Source: Raja brachyura (Eukaryota). Taken from it: a stretch of DNA of 64,000 bases. Shown in pieces: positions 1 through 11,505 of this stretch. Each line of letters begins with the position of its first letter. Position 1 is the first letter of the stretch. The notes under the pieces are model-generated. The model had not been told where the DNA came from, made no database searches, and worked only from the letters and a program-made list of their open reading frames with translations. The stretch lies in the NCBI GenBank assembly GCA_963514005.1, contig OY740811.1:31434001-31498000 (forward strand), read 5' to 3'. The position numbers and the translations under genes were made by a program.

Positions 1-59
1 CGTGCCCAACCTGGGCTGGATGGTCCCGGGATCCAGTCCCATTGACAGTCTGCTGCAGG
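1..59 (+). CDS. TMEM82: TMEM82 coding exon 1 (partial; start probably upstream of the window)
   Basis: Frame from position 2 reads VPNLGWMVPGSSPIDSLLQ(G), resembling the TMEM82 N-terminal 'SSLLDSLLQG' motif. Donor G|GTGAGT at 59/60, phase 1. Confidence 0.85.
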
Positions 60-434
60 GTGAGTGAGGGGCCGAAGGGCGGGGGGAGAGTAAGTGGGGT
101 GGGGCGTGGGAGGGGAAGGAGGAGAGAATGGGGTGGAGGCCAGGAACCTGGGGCGGGGAGACACACTGGGGGTTAATGAGGGGGGGGGCTGTACAAAGTG
201 AGGGAGGGAGCCTGGCTGGGGGGTGGGGGAGGCTGGGGCTGAAGGGGAGGGGGGGTTGAGGATGGAGACAGTTGGGCCAGAGAGAGTTGGGTTGTGTGTG
301 TGTGTGTGTGTGTGTGTGTTGCCCAGAGGGTTACAGTGGGGATGGCGGAGTTGGGCGATGTTGGCAGATCTGAGGGATTTTGTGTAGGGGAGTCAGTGAG
401 CCAGGTTTAATGTTGCCATATTGTTTAATACTGC

Positions 435-550
435 TCCCCCCTCCATTCCCCCCCCCCTCCATTCCCCCCCCTCCATTCCCCCCCTCCATTCCCCCCCCTC
501 CATTCCCCCCTCCATTCCCCATCCCCCCCCTCCATTCCCCCCCCCTCCCT
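435..550 (+). repeat. C-rich minisatellite (C6-11 TCCATT)n
   Basis: About 8 imperfect copies directly upstream of the TMEM82 exon 2 acceptor. Confidence 0.9.
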
Positions 551-558
551 CTCTCCAG

Positions 559-631
559 GGCTGGTTGCAGCATGTGCCATCTCTATTCTCGATCACTTGC
601 TGAGAATCCACCTTCACATCCAGTGTTTGAA
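559..631 (+). CDS. TMEM82: TMEM82 coding exon 2
   Basis: Acceptor ctctctccag| and donor AA|GTAAGT; 73 nt; reads (G)LVAACAISILDHLLRIHLHIQCL(N); phases match both neighbouring exons. Confidence 0.88.
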
Positions 632-1279
632 GTAAGTGTTAAAGGTTCATAACTTCGAGGAGCAGAATTAGGCCATTCGGCCCATCGTGTCCACTCCGCC
701 ATTCAATCGCGGCTGATCTCTCTCTCTCTCTCTCTCCCTCTCAACCCCATTCTCCTGCCTTCTCCCCGTAACCCCTGACACCCGGGTGACCCGAGCGTGC
801 CCCTCTTGTTGCCTCTGGGTTTGTCCTTGGGAACTTGCCCCGTGGTGTGAACGACCACCTCGTTGTCGTGGACCCTCCCCCTCTCTGCTGACGAGAGAGC
901 CCGGCTCCGCTTCTGAATGAACTAATATTTTACAGTCACTGAGACAAGTCGCAGTGAAATCCTCTACTTGCGTCCCCAAGGAATGGGTAATTCTTTGCTT
1001 GCGTACCCGATAAATGGGCACCGACAAAGTGGCAGAGTCCCCCCCCCCCCCCCCCCCGGCTCCTCCATTCTTTCTTCCCTCCCTCCCTTCCATGTGATCC
1101 GTCCTCATCCGTCGGTGGGCTCCCTCTGCCTGATGCGCCCTCGGTCCCGCCTTGTGCCTCTTTGTCCCCTGGCCCACTCCTTGACCTGCTGAGATCCACC
1201 AACATCTTGCAATCTTCAAACCCTCCTGTGGTCGGTCTGTCAGTCAGTCAGTGTGTACGGAGGGACCCAGAGCCAGTCG

Positions 1280-1522
1280 TTTTTCACACAGAGAGTGGTG
1301 GGTCTCTGGAACTCTCTGCCACAGAGGGTAGTTGAGGCCAGTTCATTGGCTATATTTAAGAGGGCGTTAGATGAGGCCCTTGTGGCTAAGGGGATCAGGG
1401 GGTATGGAGAGAAGGCAGGTACGGGATACCGAGTTGGATGATCAGCCATGATCATATTGAATGGCGGTGCAGGCTCGAAGGGCCGAATGGCCTACTCCTG
1501 CACCTAATTTCTATGTTTCTAT
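1280..1522 (+). mobile_element. CR1-type LINE 3' fragment (HER1-like)
   Basis: FFTQRVVGLWNSLPQRVVEA ORF2 C-terminus, 3' UTR and (TTTCTATG)n tail. Confidence 0.88.
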
Positions 1523-1523
1523 G

Positions 1524-1899
1524 TGATCATTCTCTAAGGTAGACAAAAAGTGCTGGAGAAACTCAGCGGGTACGGCAGCGACTATGGAGCGAAGGAAATA
1601 GGCAAAGTTTCGGGCCGAAACCCTGAAGGAAATAGGCAACGTTTCGGGCTGAAACCCTGAAGGAAATAGGCGACGTTTCGGGCCGAAACCCGGAAGTGTT
1701 TCGGCCCGAAATGTTGCCTATTTCCTTCGCTCCATAGATGCTGCCTCACCCGCTGAATTTCCCCAGCACTTCGTCCTGAAACGTTGCCTATTTCCTTCGC
1801 TCCATAGATGCCGCCTCACCCGCTGAGTTTCTCCAGCAATTTTTGTCCACCTTCGATTCTCCAGCATCTGCAGTTCCTTCTTGAACATGATCATTCTCT
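1524..1899. mobile_element. Penelope-derived fold-back element
   Basis: Inverted arms (GCTGGAGAAACTCAGCGGG...CCCGCTGAGTTTCTCCAGC) with internal reiterations, flanked by the duplicated target TGATCATTCTCT. Confidence 0.75.
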
Positions 1900-2309
1900 G
1901 CTCCGTAATTAATATTTGATCCGAAGACACACCAAAAAAAGGGTCTCGACCAGAAACATCACCCTTTCCTTCTCTCCAGAGACGCTGCCTGTCCCGCTGA
2001 GATACTCCAGCTATTTGAGTCCACCTCCAGGTTTGCAGGTTAATTGGCTGTGGTTAAAATTGTCCCCAGTGTGTAGGGCAGTACTTGTGTACGGGGTGAT
2101 CACTGGTCGTCACGGACACCGCTGGCCGGAAGACTGTATCTCTAAAAGTCTAAATGGAGAGGTGTGGAGGGATCTGGGTCAAACTTGGGCAGGTGGGACT
2201 GGTGCAGATGGGGCGTGTGGGCCGGCATGGGCAAGTTGGGCGAAGGGCCTGTTTCTGTGCTGGATGACCCTCTGCCTCTATGACCTTAGTGAATATTATG
2301 AAACGTACT

Positions 2310-2910
2310 GAATAGTGAAAGGCCCGGATAGAATGGATGTGGGGAGGATGTTACCACTAGTGGGAGAGTCTAGGACAAGAGATCATAGCCTCAGAATTAA
2401 AGGACTTCTCCAATTTCTGGTAGCCCTTATTGTCTCCTCCCCTTCTCAGCTCTCCCTCAGCCCTCTGCCTCCTCCTCTTCCTTTCTTCGTCCAACCCCCC
2501 CAAAACCTACATCAGTCTGAAGAAAGATTTTGTCCCGAAACGTTGCCTATTTCCTTCACTCCATAGATGCTGCCGTGCCCGGTGAGTTTCTCCAGCACTT
2601 TTGTCTACCTCAGAATTAAAGGCCGTTCTTTTAGGAAGGAGATGAGGAGCAATTTCTTTAGTCAGAGGGTGAGGAATTCGCTGTCTCTGATAATGCTGAC
2701 TGCCTATTAGAGGGTGGTGAATCTGTGGGATTCCTTGTGGAGGCCAAGTCAGTGGGTATATTTAAGGCAGAGATAGATAGATTCTTGATTAGTACGGGTG
2801 TCAGGGGTTGTGGGGAGAAGGCAGGAGAATGGGGTAAGGAGGGAGAGATAGATCAGCCATGATAGAATGGCAGGGTAGACTTGATGGGCCGAATGGCCTA
2901 ATTCTACTCC
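2310..2910 (+). mobile_element. CR1-type LINE 3' fragment interrupted by a Penelope-type insertion (about 2404-2608)
   Basis: KGPDRMDVGRMLPLVGESRTRDHSLRIKG; the insertion is flanked by duplicated CCTCAGAATTAAAGG. Confidence 0.78.
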
Positions 2911-3036
2911 TATCCATTGACCGTATGCGGATTCTTCTGAATGATGCCTATCTGAGACGATCTGTGGTGGAGTTGCTGCCTCCCAGCGCCAGTGACCTTG
3001 TGAGCTGTAGTTAGTTGTTTGTGTTTGCTGTTCCAG

Positions 3037-3214
3037 TGAACCAGCCCGTGTCGGCGCCACAGCGACAAGGTTGCAGTTGCCAGGGCGAGCGGTGCATTCC
3101 CTGCGCCTCTGCATCCTCACCGCCCTCTTCTCCGCTCTGGGCGCCCGGGTGGCCTCCCTCGTGGTGCTGGAATTCTCGCTGCGCACAATCTCCTCGTTGC
3201 TTTCCAGTAATAAC
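3037..3214 (+). CDS. TMEM82: TMEM82 coding exon 3
   Basis: Acceptor tgctgttccag| and donor AAC|GTAAGT; encodes ...LGARVASLVVLEFSLRTISSLLSSNN, matching the TMEM82 'RVAALVVLEFSLR' motif. Confidence 0.93.
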
Positions 3215-3224
3215 GTAAGTGTCC

Positions 3225-3445
3225 GTCGACAGAAATGCTGGAGAGACTCAGCGGGTGCGGCAGCATCTATGGAGCGAAGGAAATAGGCGATGATTCGGGC
3301 TGAAACCCAGAAGGAAATAGGCGACGTTTCGGGCCAAAACCCGGAAGGGTTTCGGCCCGAACCTCGCCTATTTCCTTCGGTCCATAGATGCTGCCTCACC
3401 CGCTGAGTTTCTCCAGCATTCCAGCATCTGCAGTTCCTTCTTAAA
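3225..3445. mobile_element. Penelope-derived fold-back element just after the TMEM82 exon 3 donor
   Basis: Inverted arms; flanks GTAAGTGTCC / GTTAAGTGTCC. Confidence 0.75.
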
Positions 3446-3686
3446 CGTTAAGTGTCCCGCGATCTGTCGCACGCCCGTCCGTAACCGGAGCAGAATTGGG
3501 TCATTCGGTCTCTCTTCCCCCATTAAATTACCCAGAGAAAACCCACGCAGGTCACGGGGAGAACGTGCAGACTCCCTGCAGACAGCACCCGTAGTTGGGA
3601 TCGAACCCGGGTCTCCGGCGCTGTGAGGTGCCAACTCTACCGCTGCGCCACCGTTCTCTAGTGGTGCTGAAAGGCGCGCTGTGTTA

Positions 3687-3890
3687 TGGGCCTGTCCCAC
3701 ATAGGAGATTTTTTTAATTTTATTTTTATTTGGGCGACTACAGGCGACTGCCACAAAATTTTCAACATGTTGAAAATTTTTCGGCGACAAATTTTGCTGT
3801 CGTAGGTTGTCGCCAGTTTGTCGAAGGTGAATTCCATTAATATTAGTCCCTGGCAGTCACCTAAAGAGTTCCCCAAGTGGGACAGGGCCA
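3687..3890. mobile_element. PIF/Harbinger-like MITE
   Basis: TIRs TGGGCCTGTCCCAC / GTGGGACAGGGCCA with TTA/TAA flanks. Confidence 0.7.
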
Positions 3891-3975
3891 TAACGTTACC
3901 GCTCGGTTGTCCTTGCTTCTGAAAACTCTTGCTTACGTTTTCTTTCCCCCAATGAGCCAATGGAAATGACCAGTC

Positions 3976-4545
3976 AGACAATAGGTGCAGGAGGAGGCCA
4001 TTCGACCCTTCGAGCCAGCACCGCCATTCATTGTGATCATGGCTGATCGTCCCCAATCAATAACCCGTGCCTGCCTTCTCCCCATATCCCCCGACTCCAC
4101 TAGCCCTTAGAGCTCTATCTAACTCTCTCTTAAATCCATCCAGTGACTTGGCCTCCACTGCCCTCTGTGGCAGGGAATTCCACAAATTCACAACTCTCTG
4201 GGTGAAAACGTTTTTTTTCACCTCAGTCTTAAATGACCCCTTTATTCTAAGACTGTGGCCCTTGGTTCTGGACTCGCCCAACATTGGGAACATTTTTCCT
4301 GCATCTAGCTTGTCCAGTCCTTTTATAATTTTATAATTTTCTATAAGATCCCCCCTCATCCTTCTAAACTCCAGTGAATACAAGCCTAGTCTTTTCAATC
4401 TTTCCTCGTATGACAGTCCCGCCATCCCAGGGATCAATCTGGTGAACCTACGCTGCACTGCCTCAATCACAATACTCCAGATGTGGTCTCACCAGAGCCC
4501 TGTACAACTGCAGAAGAACCTCTTTACACCTGTACTGAAATCCTC
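3976..4545 (-). mobile_element. CR1-type LINE 3' fragment
   Basis: IEAVQRRFTRLIPGMAGLSYEERLKRLGLYSLEFRRMRGDLIE...WNSLPQRAVEA. Confidence 0.92.
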
Positions 4546-4612
4546 TTGTTATGAAGGAGGCTCACCAGAGACCACCAGCGAACATGTGGCGAGCGCTGAG
4601 TCGCCATTTTAG

Positions 4613-5146
<534 letters not shown>

Positions 5147-6408
5147 TAGAAGAACGAGAGACCTAAGAACTGAGGCTCCATAAGGCATAGATGGAGGAAT
5201 AGATCGGGTAGACGCACAGAATCTCTCGCCCAGAGTAGGGGAATCGAGAAACGTTTTCAGATTCAAAATGTATTGTACAAGTACAGAGATAACGAAATGC
5301 AGTTAGCATCTGACCCAGAAGTGCGAACACAGAATAATGGAACAGTAAAATATATATAGAGTGGTGAGTCTGCGGAACTCTCTGCCACAGAGGGTAGTTG
5401 AGGCCAGTTAATTGGCGATATTTAAGAGGGAGTTAGATGTGGCTAAAGGGATCAGGGGGTATGGAGAGAAGGCAGGTACGGGATACTGAGTTGGATGATC
5501 AGCCATGATCATATTGAATGGCGGTGCAGACTCGAAGGGCCGAATGGCCTACTCCTGCACCTATTTTCCATGTCTATGTTTCTATATGTGTATATACAGT
5601 AGCAGTAGTGCAAATTTCAGGGGGGGGAGGGACTGGCAATCACCACAGTGCAGAGTTAAGTAGGGTGGTGGGCGTATGAAACGAGCTGCCAGAAGAGGTC
5701 GTTGAGGCAGGGACTATCCCAACATTTACGAAACAGTTGGACGGGTACATGGATTGGACAGGTTTGGAGAGAATTCAGTGTTATAGTCCGTGTTCAGAAC
5801 TGACCCACAACTGGGCAATCGTGTGGTCTCTGGTATCTGAAGCATAAAGAGGAGGAAAGGCTAACGGTCAAAGTTCAGATCTTGACGACAGTTCAATGAT
5901 TGCAGCAGATGGTGGGAAGGGGATGGAATCATTAGTGAACCATCCAGGGACCTCTGTACTGTCTGCGGTGGGTGAGGAAGGGTTGGGACTTGGCTGGAGG
6001 ACAGCCGCTAATCTGGAAGGGAGTTTTATTTTTATTTTACATAGAAACATAGAAAATAGGTGCAGGAGTAGGCCATTCGGCCCTTCGAGCCAGCACCGCC
6101 ATTCAATATGATCACGGCTGATCATCCAAAATTAGTACCCCGTTCCGGCTTTTCCCTCGATTCCCTTAGCCCTAAGACCTAAAGGGCCTGTCCCACTGTA
6201 CGAGGTAATTCAAGAGTTCACCCGAGTTTTCAACTGATTCGAACTCGGAGAATGTCCGTCAGAGTTTGTGGATGTCTCGTAGCGGCTCGTACGAGTAAAA
6301 AGCAACAATTTTTTTCATCACTGTGCCTGAGCCCCAGGGTTGCGTGTGTCTACCGATCTCCGGTGCGCGGTGAGCGTGTTCGTGTGCGTGACGACCTTTG
6401 TGTTGCAG

Positions 6409-6596
6409 AGGAGCAGCGGCAGAATCCCAGCGAGCAGTCGGCCTACCAGACGGTGGCGGTGAGGATGGGGGGGCTGCTCATCCTCACCCTGACGGTGGGG
6501 CGGTGGGCGGACGTGGCGCACGTGCTGCTGTCCCTGCTCGGGGAAACGTGGTGCCTGGTCCAGGCGGGACCGATGCTGGAGGTGTGCAGGCGGCAG
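6409..6596 (+). CDS. TMEM82: TMEM82 coding exon 5
   Basis: Acceptor tgttgcag| and donor CAG|GTGGGT; encodes EEQRQNP...QTVAVRMGGLLILTLTVGRW...LLGETWCLV. Confidence 0.95.
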
Positions 6597-7058
6597 GTGG
6601 GTGTGAGTGGGGGGCTATCTGTGAGTGGGGGGTCCCGCAGTCAGAGTGAGGCCACACACAATCTTCAAGTCACTTTTATTTCTAGAGCACATTTTAAAAA
6701 ACAACTCTCGTTGGCCAAAGTGCTTTACATTGGTGGAGGTACTGACGTTATACAACATTAAGTACATACATAAATGACCTCCCCTTGACCTCTCCGTCCT
6801 GGGCCTCCTCCGCTGTCAGAGTGAGACCCAGCGCAAACTGGAGAAGCAGCACCTCCTATCTCGCCCGGGCAGCGTACACCCCAGCGGTATAGACATTGAC
6901 TTCTCTAAAGATAGACACAAAATGCTGGATTAACTCAGCGGGACAGGCAACATCTCTGGGGAGAAGGAATGGGTGACGTCACCCATTCCTTCAAGGGTCT
7001 CAACCCGAAACGTCACTCATTCCTTCTCTCCAGAGATGCTGCTTGCCCCCCTGAGTTA

Positions 7059-7379
7059 TGGCCCTGTCCCACAGTACGAGTTCATTCCAAGAGCTCTCCT
7101 GAGTTTAAAAAAAAATCAAACTCGTGGTAAGCACGGAGAATGAACGTAGCGGGTACGTCGGAGCTCGGGGACGTCTCTTAGCGCTAACGGCAGGTACTCG
7201 GGAAGACTCGCTAACGGCAGGTAAACACGTGAAGACTCGTGAAGATTTTTCAACACGTTGAAAAATGTCCACGAGAGCCCCGAGTACCGACGAGCGGCCA
7301 TTACCGTAAATCTCCGAGTTTGAATCGGGGCAAACTCGGAAAAGCTCTTGGAATGAACTCGTACTGTGGGACAGGGCCA
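7059..7379. mobile_element. PIF/Harbinger-like MITE nested in a Penelope fragment (about 6790-7730)
   Basis: Long TIRs TGGCCCTGTCCCACAGTACGAGTTCATTCCAAGAGC and its reverse complement; splits CTGAGTTA|CTCC with TTA/TCA flanks. Confidence 0.8.
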
Positions 7380-8134
7380 TCACTCCAACATTTTATGTCT
7401 GACTTCAGTATAAACCAGCATCTGCAGTTCCCTCCATACCTTCTCTCTCTCTCCGCCCCTCCCCCACCCGAGTCGTCCTGCCAGTCCCACTGTTCGCATC
7501 CAGATATCCCGTCCTTATCGCCTCTTCCACAGCCAACAATGGACCATTGTGGGCTCCACCTTTCCCATGTCTCTGATTTGTTCTGATACTTTTCATACCT
7601 CTAGCCCCTGACTCTCAGTCTGAAAAAGGGCTTCGACCCGAAAGGTCGCCCATTCTTTCTCTCCAGAATTGCTTCCTGAGTTACTCCAGCACTTTGTGTC
7701 TTGAAAACCAGCATCTGCAGTTCCTTGCTTCTACACTGACGATGACACTTCTACCAATCACTGGTCAGTGGGGAATTGAAGTTTGCTGGCAGGAACTGCA
7801 GATGCTGGTTTAAACTGAAGATGGAAACAGAATGCTGACCATAGCCTGTTTCCTTCCCCATCCATACTGTTTTTGCGCTATCTTTCACTCATTTGTTCTC
7901 TATATTTCTCCATCACGCTCTGTCTCTCGATTCCCTTTCTCCTAACTCTAGTCTGAGGAAGGGTCTCGACCCCAGACGCCACCCGTACCTTCTCTCCGGA
8001 GTTGCTGCCTGTCCCGCTGAGTGACTCTGGCATTGCGTTTGTACGGTGGGATTTTGAACTCCAGTGTGAGTTGGCATCTCGGGCCGCATCATCGTGAATC
8101 TCCATCTCATCTCTGCCTTTGTGCCTTTTTGCAG

Positions 8135-8233
8135 GATTCCATCAGCAGCCGCCATGTTGGGGGAATTAGACGGTCCCGTGCGGATGCATCGAGGAGGTCC
8201 CAAGGGCCTGACATTCCGACTTCAGATCATTGA
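8135..8233 (+). CDS. TMEM82: TMEM82 terminal coding exon
   Basis: Strong polypyrimidine acceptor ctttgtgcctttttgcag|; phase 0; reads DSISSRHVGG...PTSDH*. Candidate AATAAA at 8900-8905. The tail is poorly conserved, so confidence is lower. Confidence 0.72.
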   Translation, partial: DSISSRHVGGIRRSRADASRRSQGPDIPTSDH

Positions 8234-9435
8234 ATGGACGGCAGCTCGCGTGGAAAAGCATCGGAATCGCGCTTTGACGCCTTGACTGGTTTTTAGTTTT
8301 CGGAAACGGGCCCTTCGGCCCACTGTGCCCGTGCTGACCAGTGATTCCCCCGACATTAACACCATCCTACACACACTTGCGTTCATACAACGCCAATTCA
8401 CCGACAAACCTGGAGTGTGGGAGGAAACCAGAGCACCCGGAGAAAACCCACGCAGGTCACGGCGAGAAAACATGCAAACTCCCTCCGAACAAAGAGGGTC
8501 CCGGCGTGAGGGGGGGGGGTGGGCCGAGAGAACATCAGGACCCGCCTTTGGTTGGGGGGGGGGGGGCGAGAACAAAGAGGGACAATTGGGAGCTATAATG
8601 AACACTTTGTAACTTTGTGGATGTCCTTTACGTAGCAACTCTTTGTATACCTCGTGTACGGTCGCTAAACAGAGAATCTCACTGGGACATGCCATGTGTG
8701 ATAATAATGTATCAATCAATCTTCAGCCTGTCCTATCAGCTCATCAATACTGTGTTTGCTGGCTCGTGCATTTTCTGATGCTTCATGGTGTCGGCCCTCC
8801 CTGTTTTCTGTAATCTGCTCCAGACCATCACCCTCTGCACTCCTCCTTGCCTGAAACTCTGCAATCCCTGAGTATAATCCTAATTCACCCTTGCTGTTAA
8901 ATAAAACAACCTCTTTCATCAAACCACTGGTATCTGCTCTAATGTCTGCAGTGTTGCTTGCCATTTATTTCCCTTGTGTTTGGTGAGGTTTCTCTGAAGC
9001 ACCTTCGTTGCTTAAGAGAGTGTTGTTCTCACCAACTAGAGAGCGGTCCTGACCTCCCATCCATCTCATTGGAGACGTTTGAAGAATCTTTAATCGGACT
9101 TTTTTGATTTACTGTTTACTATTTACTCTGACCATCTTTATCTTGCACTAAACGTCATTCCCTTAATCCTGTATCTGTACACTGTGAACAGCTCGATTGT
9201 AATCATGTATTGTCTTTCCAGAGGAATTTGCAGTTGCTGGTTTACACCAAAGATAGACACACAATGCTGGAGTAACTCAGCGGGTCGGGCAGCATCTCTG
9301 GAGAGAAGGATTAGGTGACGTTGCAGGCCAGTGATGCTGCCTGACCTGCTGAGTTACTCCAGCATTTCGTGTAGATCTGTGCTGTTCCATGATGCACTGG
9401 ATGTACACAGGAGCCTTGAGCAATGATGTCTGTGT

Positions 9436-9449
9436 CCACCAGATGGCAG
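9436..9449 (+). promoter_or_regulatory. CTCF-like core motif
   Basis: CCACCAGATGGCAG matches the CTCF core consensus and lies between the convergent TMEM82 and bcl2l16 3' ends. Motif match only. Confidence 0.35.
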
Positions 9450-9802
9450 GGCTGAGCTTGTTTAATTTAACTCCTAATTTTGTGTCATTTTAAATGTACT
9501 TGCCACCTTCTCTCATCTACAAGGGGCAAACATTGCCAGAGAAGGAAAGAATTTGATGCCAGGTGAAAAAGGAACGTTTAGTTATCGGTGACGAACAGTT
9601 TTTCTTGTCCGACTAGTCTTGCTACAGAGCACAGGATAGCAAAGATCCAGCTGCATTTCCAAACCCAATGGACATTTGTTGAATGCAATTCAAAATACAT
9701 TTGGACATAAATCTGGATAGGAATGGTTTAGAGGATTCTGGGCCAAATGCAGGTGAATGGGATTAGCCCAGAATGTCACCTTGGTTGGCGTGGGCAAGTT
9801 CG

Positions 9803-10335
9803 TCTCCAAATCTGAGGAAGGACATTATTGCCATAGAGGGAGTGCAGAGAAGGTTCACCAGACTGATTCCTGGGATGTCAGGACTGTCTTATGAAGAAAG
9901 ACTGGATAGACTCGGTTTATACTATAGAATTTAGGAGATTGAGAGGGGATCTTATAGAAACTTACAAAGTTCTTAAGGGGTTGGACAGGCTAGATGCAGG
10001 AAGATTGTTGCCGATGTTGGGGAGGTCCAGGACAAGGGGTCACAGCTTAAGGATAAGGGGGAATTCCTTTAGGACTGAGATGAGAAGGACTTTTTTCACA
10101 CAGAGAGTGGTGGGTCTCTGGAACTCTCTGCCACAGAGGGTAGTTGAGGCCAGTTCATTGGCTATATTTAAGAGGGAGTTAGATGTGGCCCTTGTGGCTA
10201 AAGGGATTAGGGGGTATGGAGAGAAGGCAGGTACAGGATACTGAGTTGGATGATCAGCCATGATCATATTGAATGGCGGTGCAAGCTCGAAGGGCCGAAT
10301 GGCCTACTCCTGCACCTAATTTCTATGTTTCTATG
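9803..10335 (+). mobile_element. CR1-type LINE 3' fragment
   Basis: [45 protein letters not shown]...; the tail is nearly identical to 1280-1522. Confidence 0.92.
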
Positions 10336-10519
10336 GGCCGTAGGGCCCGTTTCCATGCTGAGTGCAACTCTATCTCTGAAGAAGGGTCTCGACCTGAAAC
10401 GTCACCCATTCCTTCTTTACCAGAGATGCTGCCTGTCCCGCTGAGTTACTGCAGCGTTTTGTGTCCACCTTAAAAAAATATATAATTGATTGGTGAATCC
10501 CTAGTCTGCCATAGAGAGT

Positions 10520-10788
10520 CATAAAGCATGGAAACAGGCCCTTCGGCCCATCGTGTCCGCACTGACCAGTGATCACTCCGTACACTGGCACTATCCTACA
10601 CACTAGGGACAATTTGCAATTTTACCAAAGCCCTTGGAGTGTGGGAGGAAACCAGAGCACCTGAAGAAAACCCACATGGGTCACGGGGAGAAAACGTGCA
10701 AACTCCATACAGACAGCACCCGTAGTCAGGATCGAACCGGAGTCTCTGGCGCTGTGAGGCAGCAACTCTACCGCTGCGCCACCGTGCC
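10520..10788 (-). mobile_element. HE1/V-SINE-like tRNA-derived SINE
   Basis: Minus strand GGCACGGTGGCGCAGCGGTAGAG (A box)...GGTTCGATCC (B box), central domain, CR1-like tail. Related copies at about 3535-3655(-), 8305-8490(-), 11940-12178(-), 13137-13310(+), 31920-32100(+), 36750-36975(-), 43080-43200(+), 45120-45365(-), 58872-59160(+). Confidence 0.82.
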
Positions 10789-11035
10789 ATCCATACTAAA
10801 ATAAAATTCCAATTAAATGGTTCAGATAATTAACGGTGAGTTCTATTTCAGTTTAGTAACTTGAACATGTGGGTGTAGAGCGAACTTAATTATCTATCAA
10901 TCGACACAAAGGTTCCCTCAGGACAAAGCGCATAATTTAATCATTCATATGATTTAATTATGAGTTCATCGTGGGCCGTTAAATGGCGGTGCTCCATGCA
11001 GAGAGAGAGAGAGAGAGAGAGGCGTCTGGGTTTAA

Positions 11036-11312
11036 TGGGCCTGTCCCACTTGGCAACTGCCGGCATAGACGTAGCAGGTCGCTGAAAAACTGGCAACAAC
11101 CTGCGTCATCCTGGCAACGACTTACTTCAGGAGAAGTCGAGCTACGCTAATTGACGTCAAACCCACCGTCGCCAAAAAATGTTTTCAACATGTTGAAAAT
11201 TTAGCGGTGACCAGAAAGACACGACTGCTTTCTGCGCAACTGAGGAGACGACTCCCGGAGAACATGTGGCTACAAACTGGTCGCCTGTAGTTGCCGATGT
11301 GGGACAAGCCCA
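11036..11312. mobile_element. PIF/Harbinger-like MITE in the bcl2l16 3' region
   Basis: TIRs TGGGCCTGTCCCAC / GTGGGACAAGCCCA with a TAA target duplication on both sides. Confidence 0.75.
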
Positions 11313-11376
11313 TAAGGTGATCGTGTGTGTGTGCGTGTGTGTGCGCGTGTGCATGGTCCGTCTGCCGCCAGTTGCA

Positions 11377-11505
11377 TCAGCGCAGCCTCCTGTACATGTA
11401 GTAAGTGAGGGAGATGGAGGCGAGCAGCAGCAACACTCCACAACACGCTCGGACCGCTGCGCGTTCTGGCTCTTCCTTCTCAGCGTAGCGCTCCACGAAA
11501 CCAGA
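11377..11505 (-). CDS. bcl2l16: Bcl-2-family protein (Bcl-WAV-like) coding exon 2: end of BH2 plus C-terminal transmembrane anchor
   Basis: Minus-strand acceptor ttctttctctcttttctcag|; reads SGFVERYAEKEEPERAAVRACCGVLLLLASISLTYYMYRRLR*. Completes GGW|SGF of BH2; hydrophobic helix followed by a basic tail. Confidence 0.88.
   Translation of the reverse strand, partial: SGFVERYAEKEEPERAAVRACCGVLLLLASISLTYYMYRRLR

Noticed and set aside
331-652. Gly-rich and Pro-rich ORFs
   Set aside because: Translations of the C-rich minisatellite; only 559-631 is exonic.
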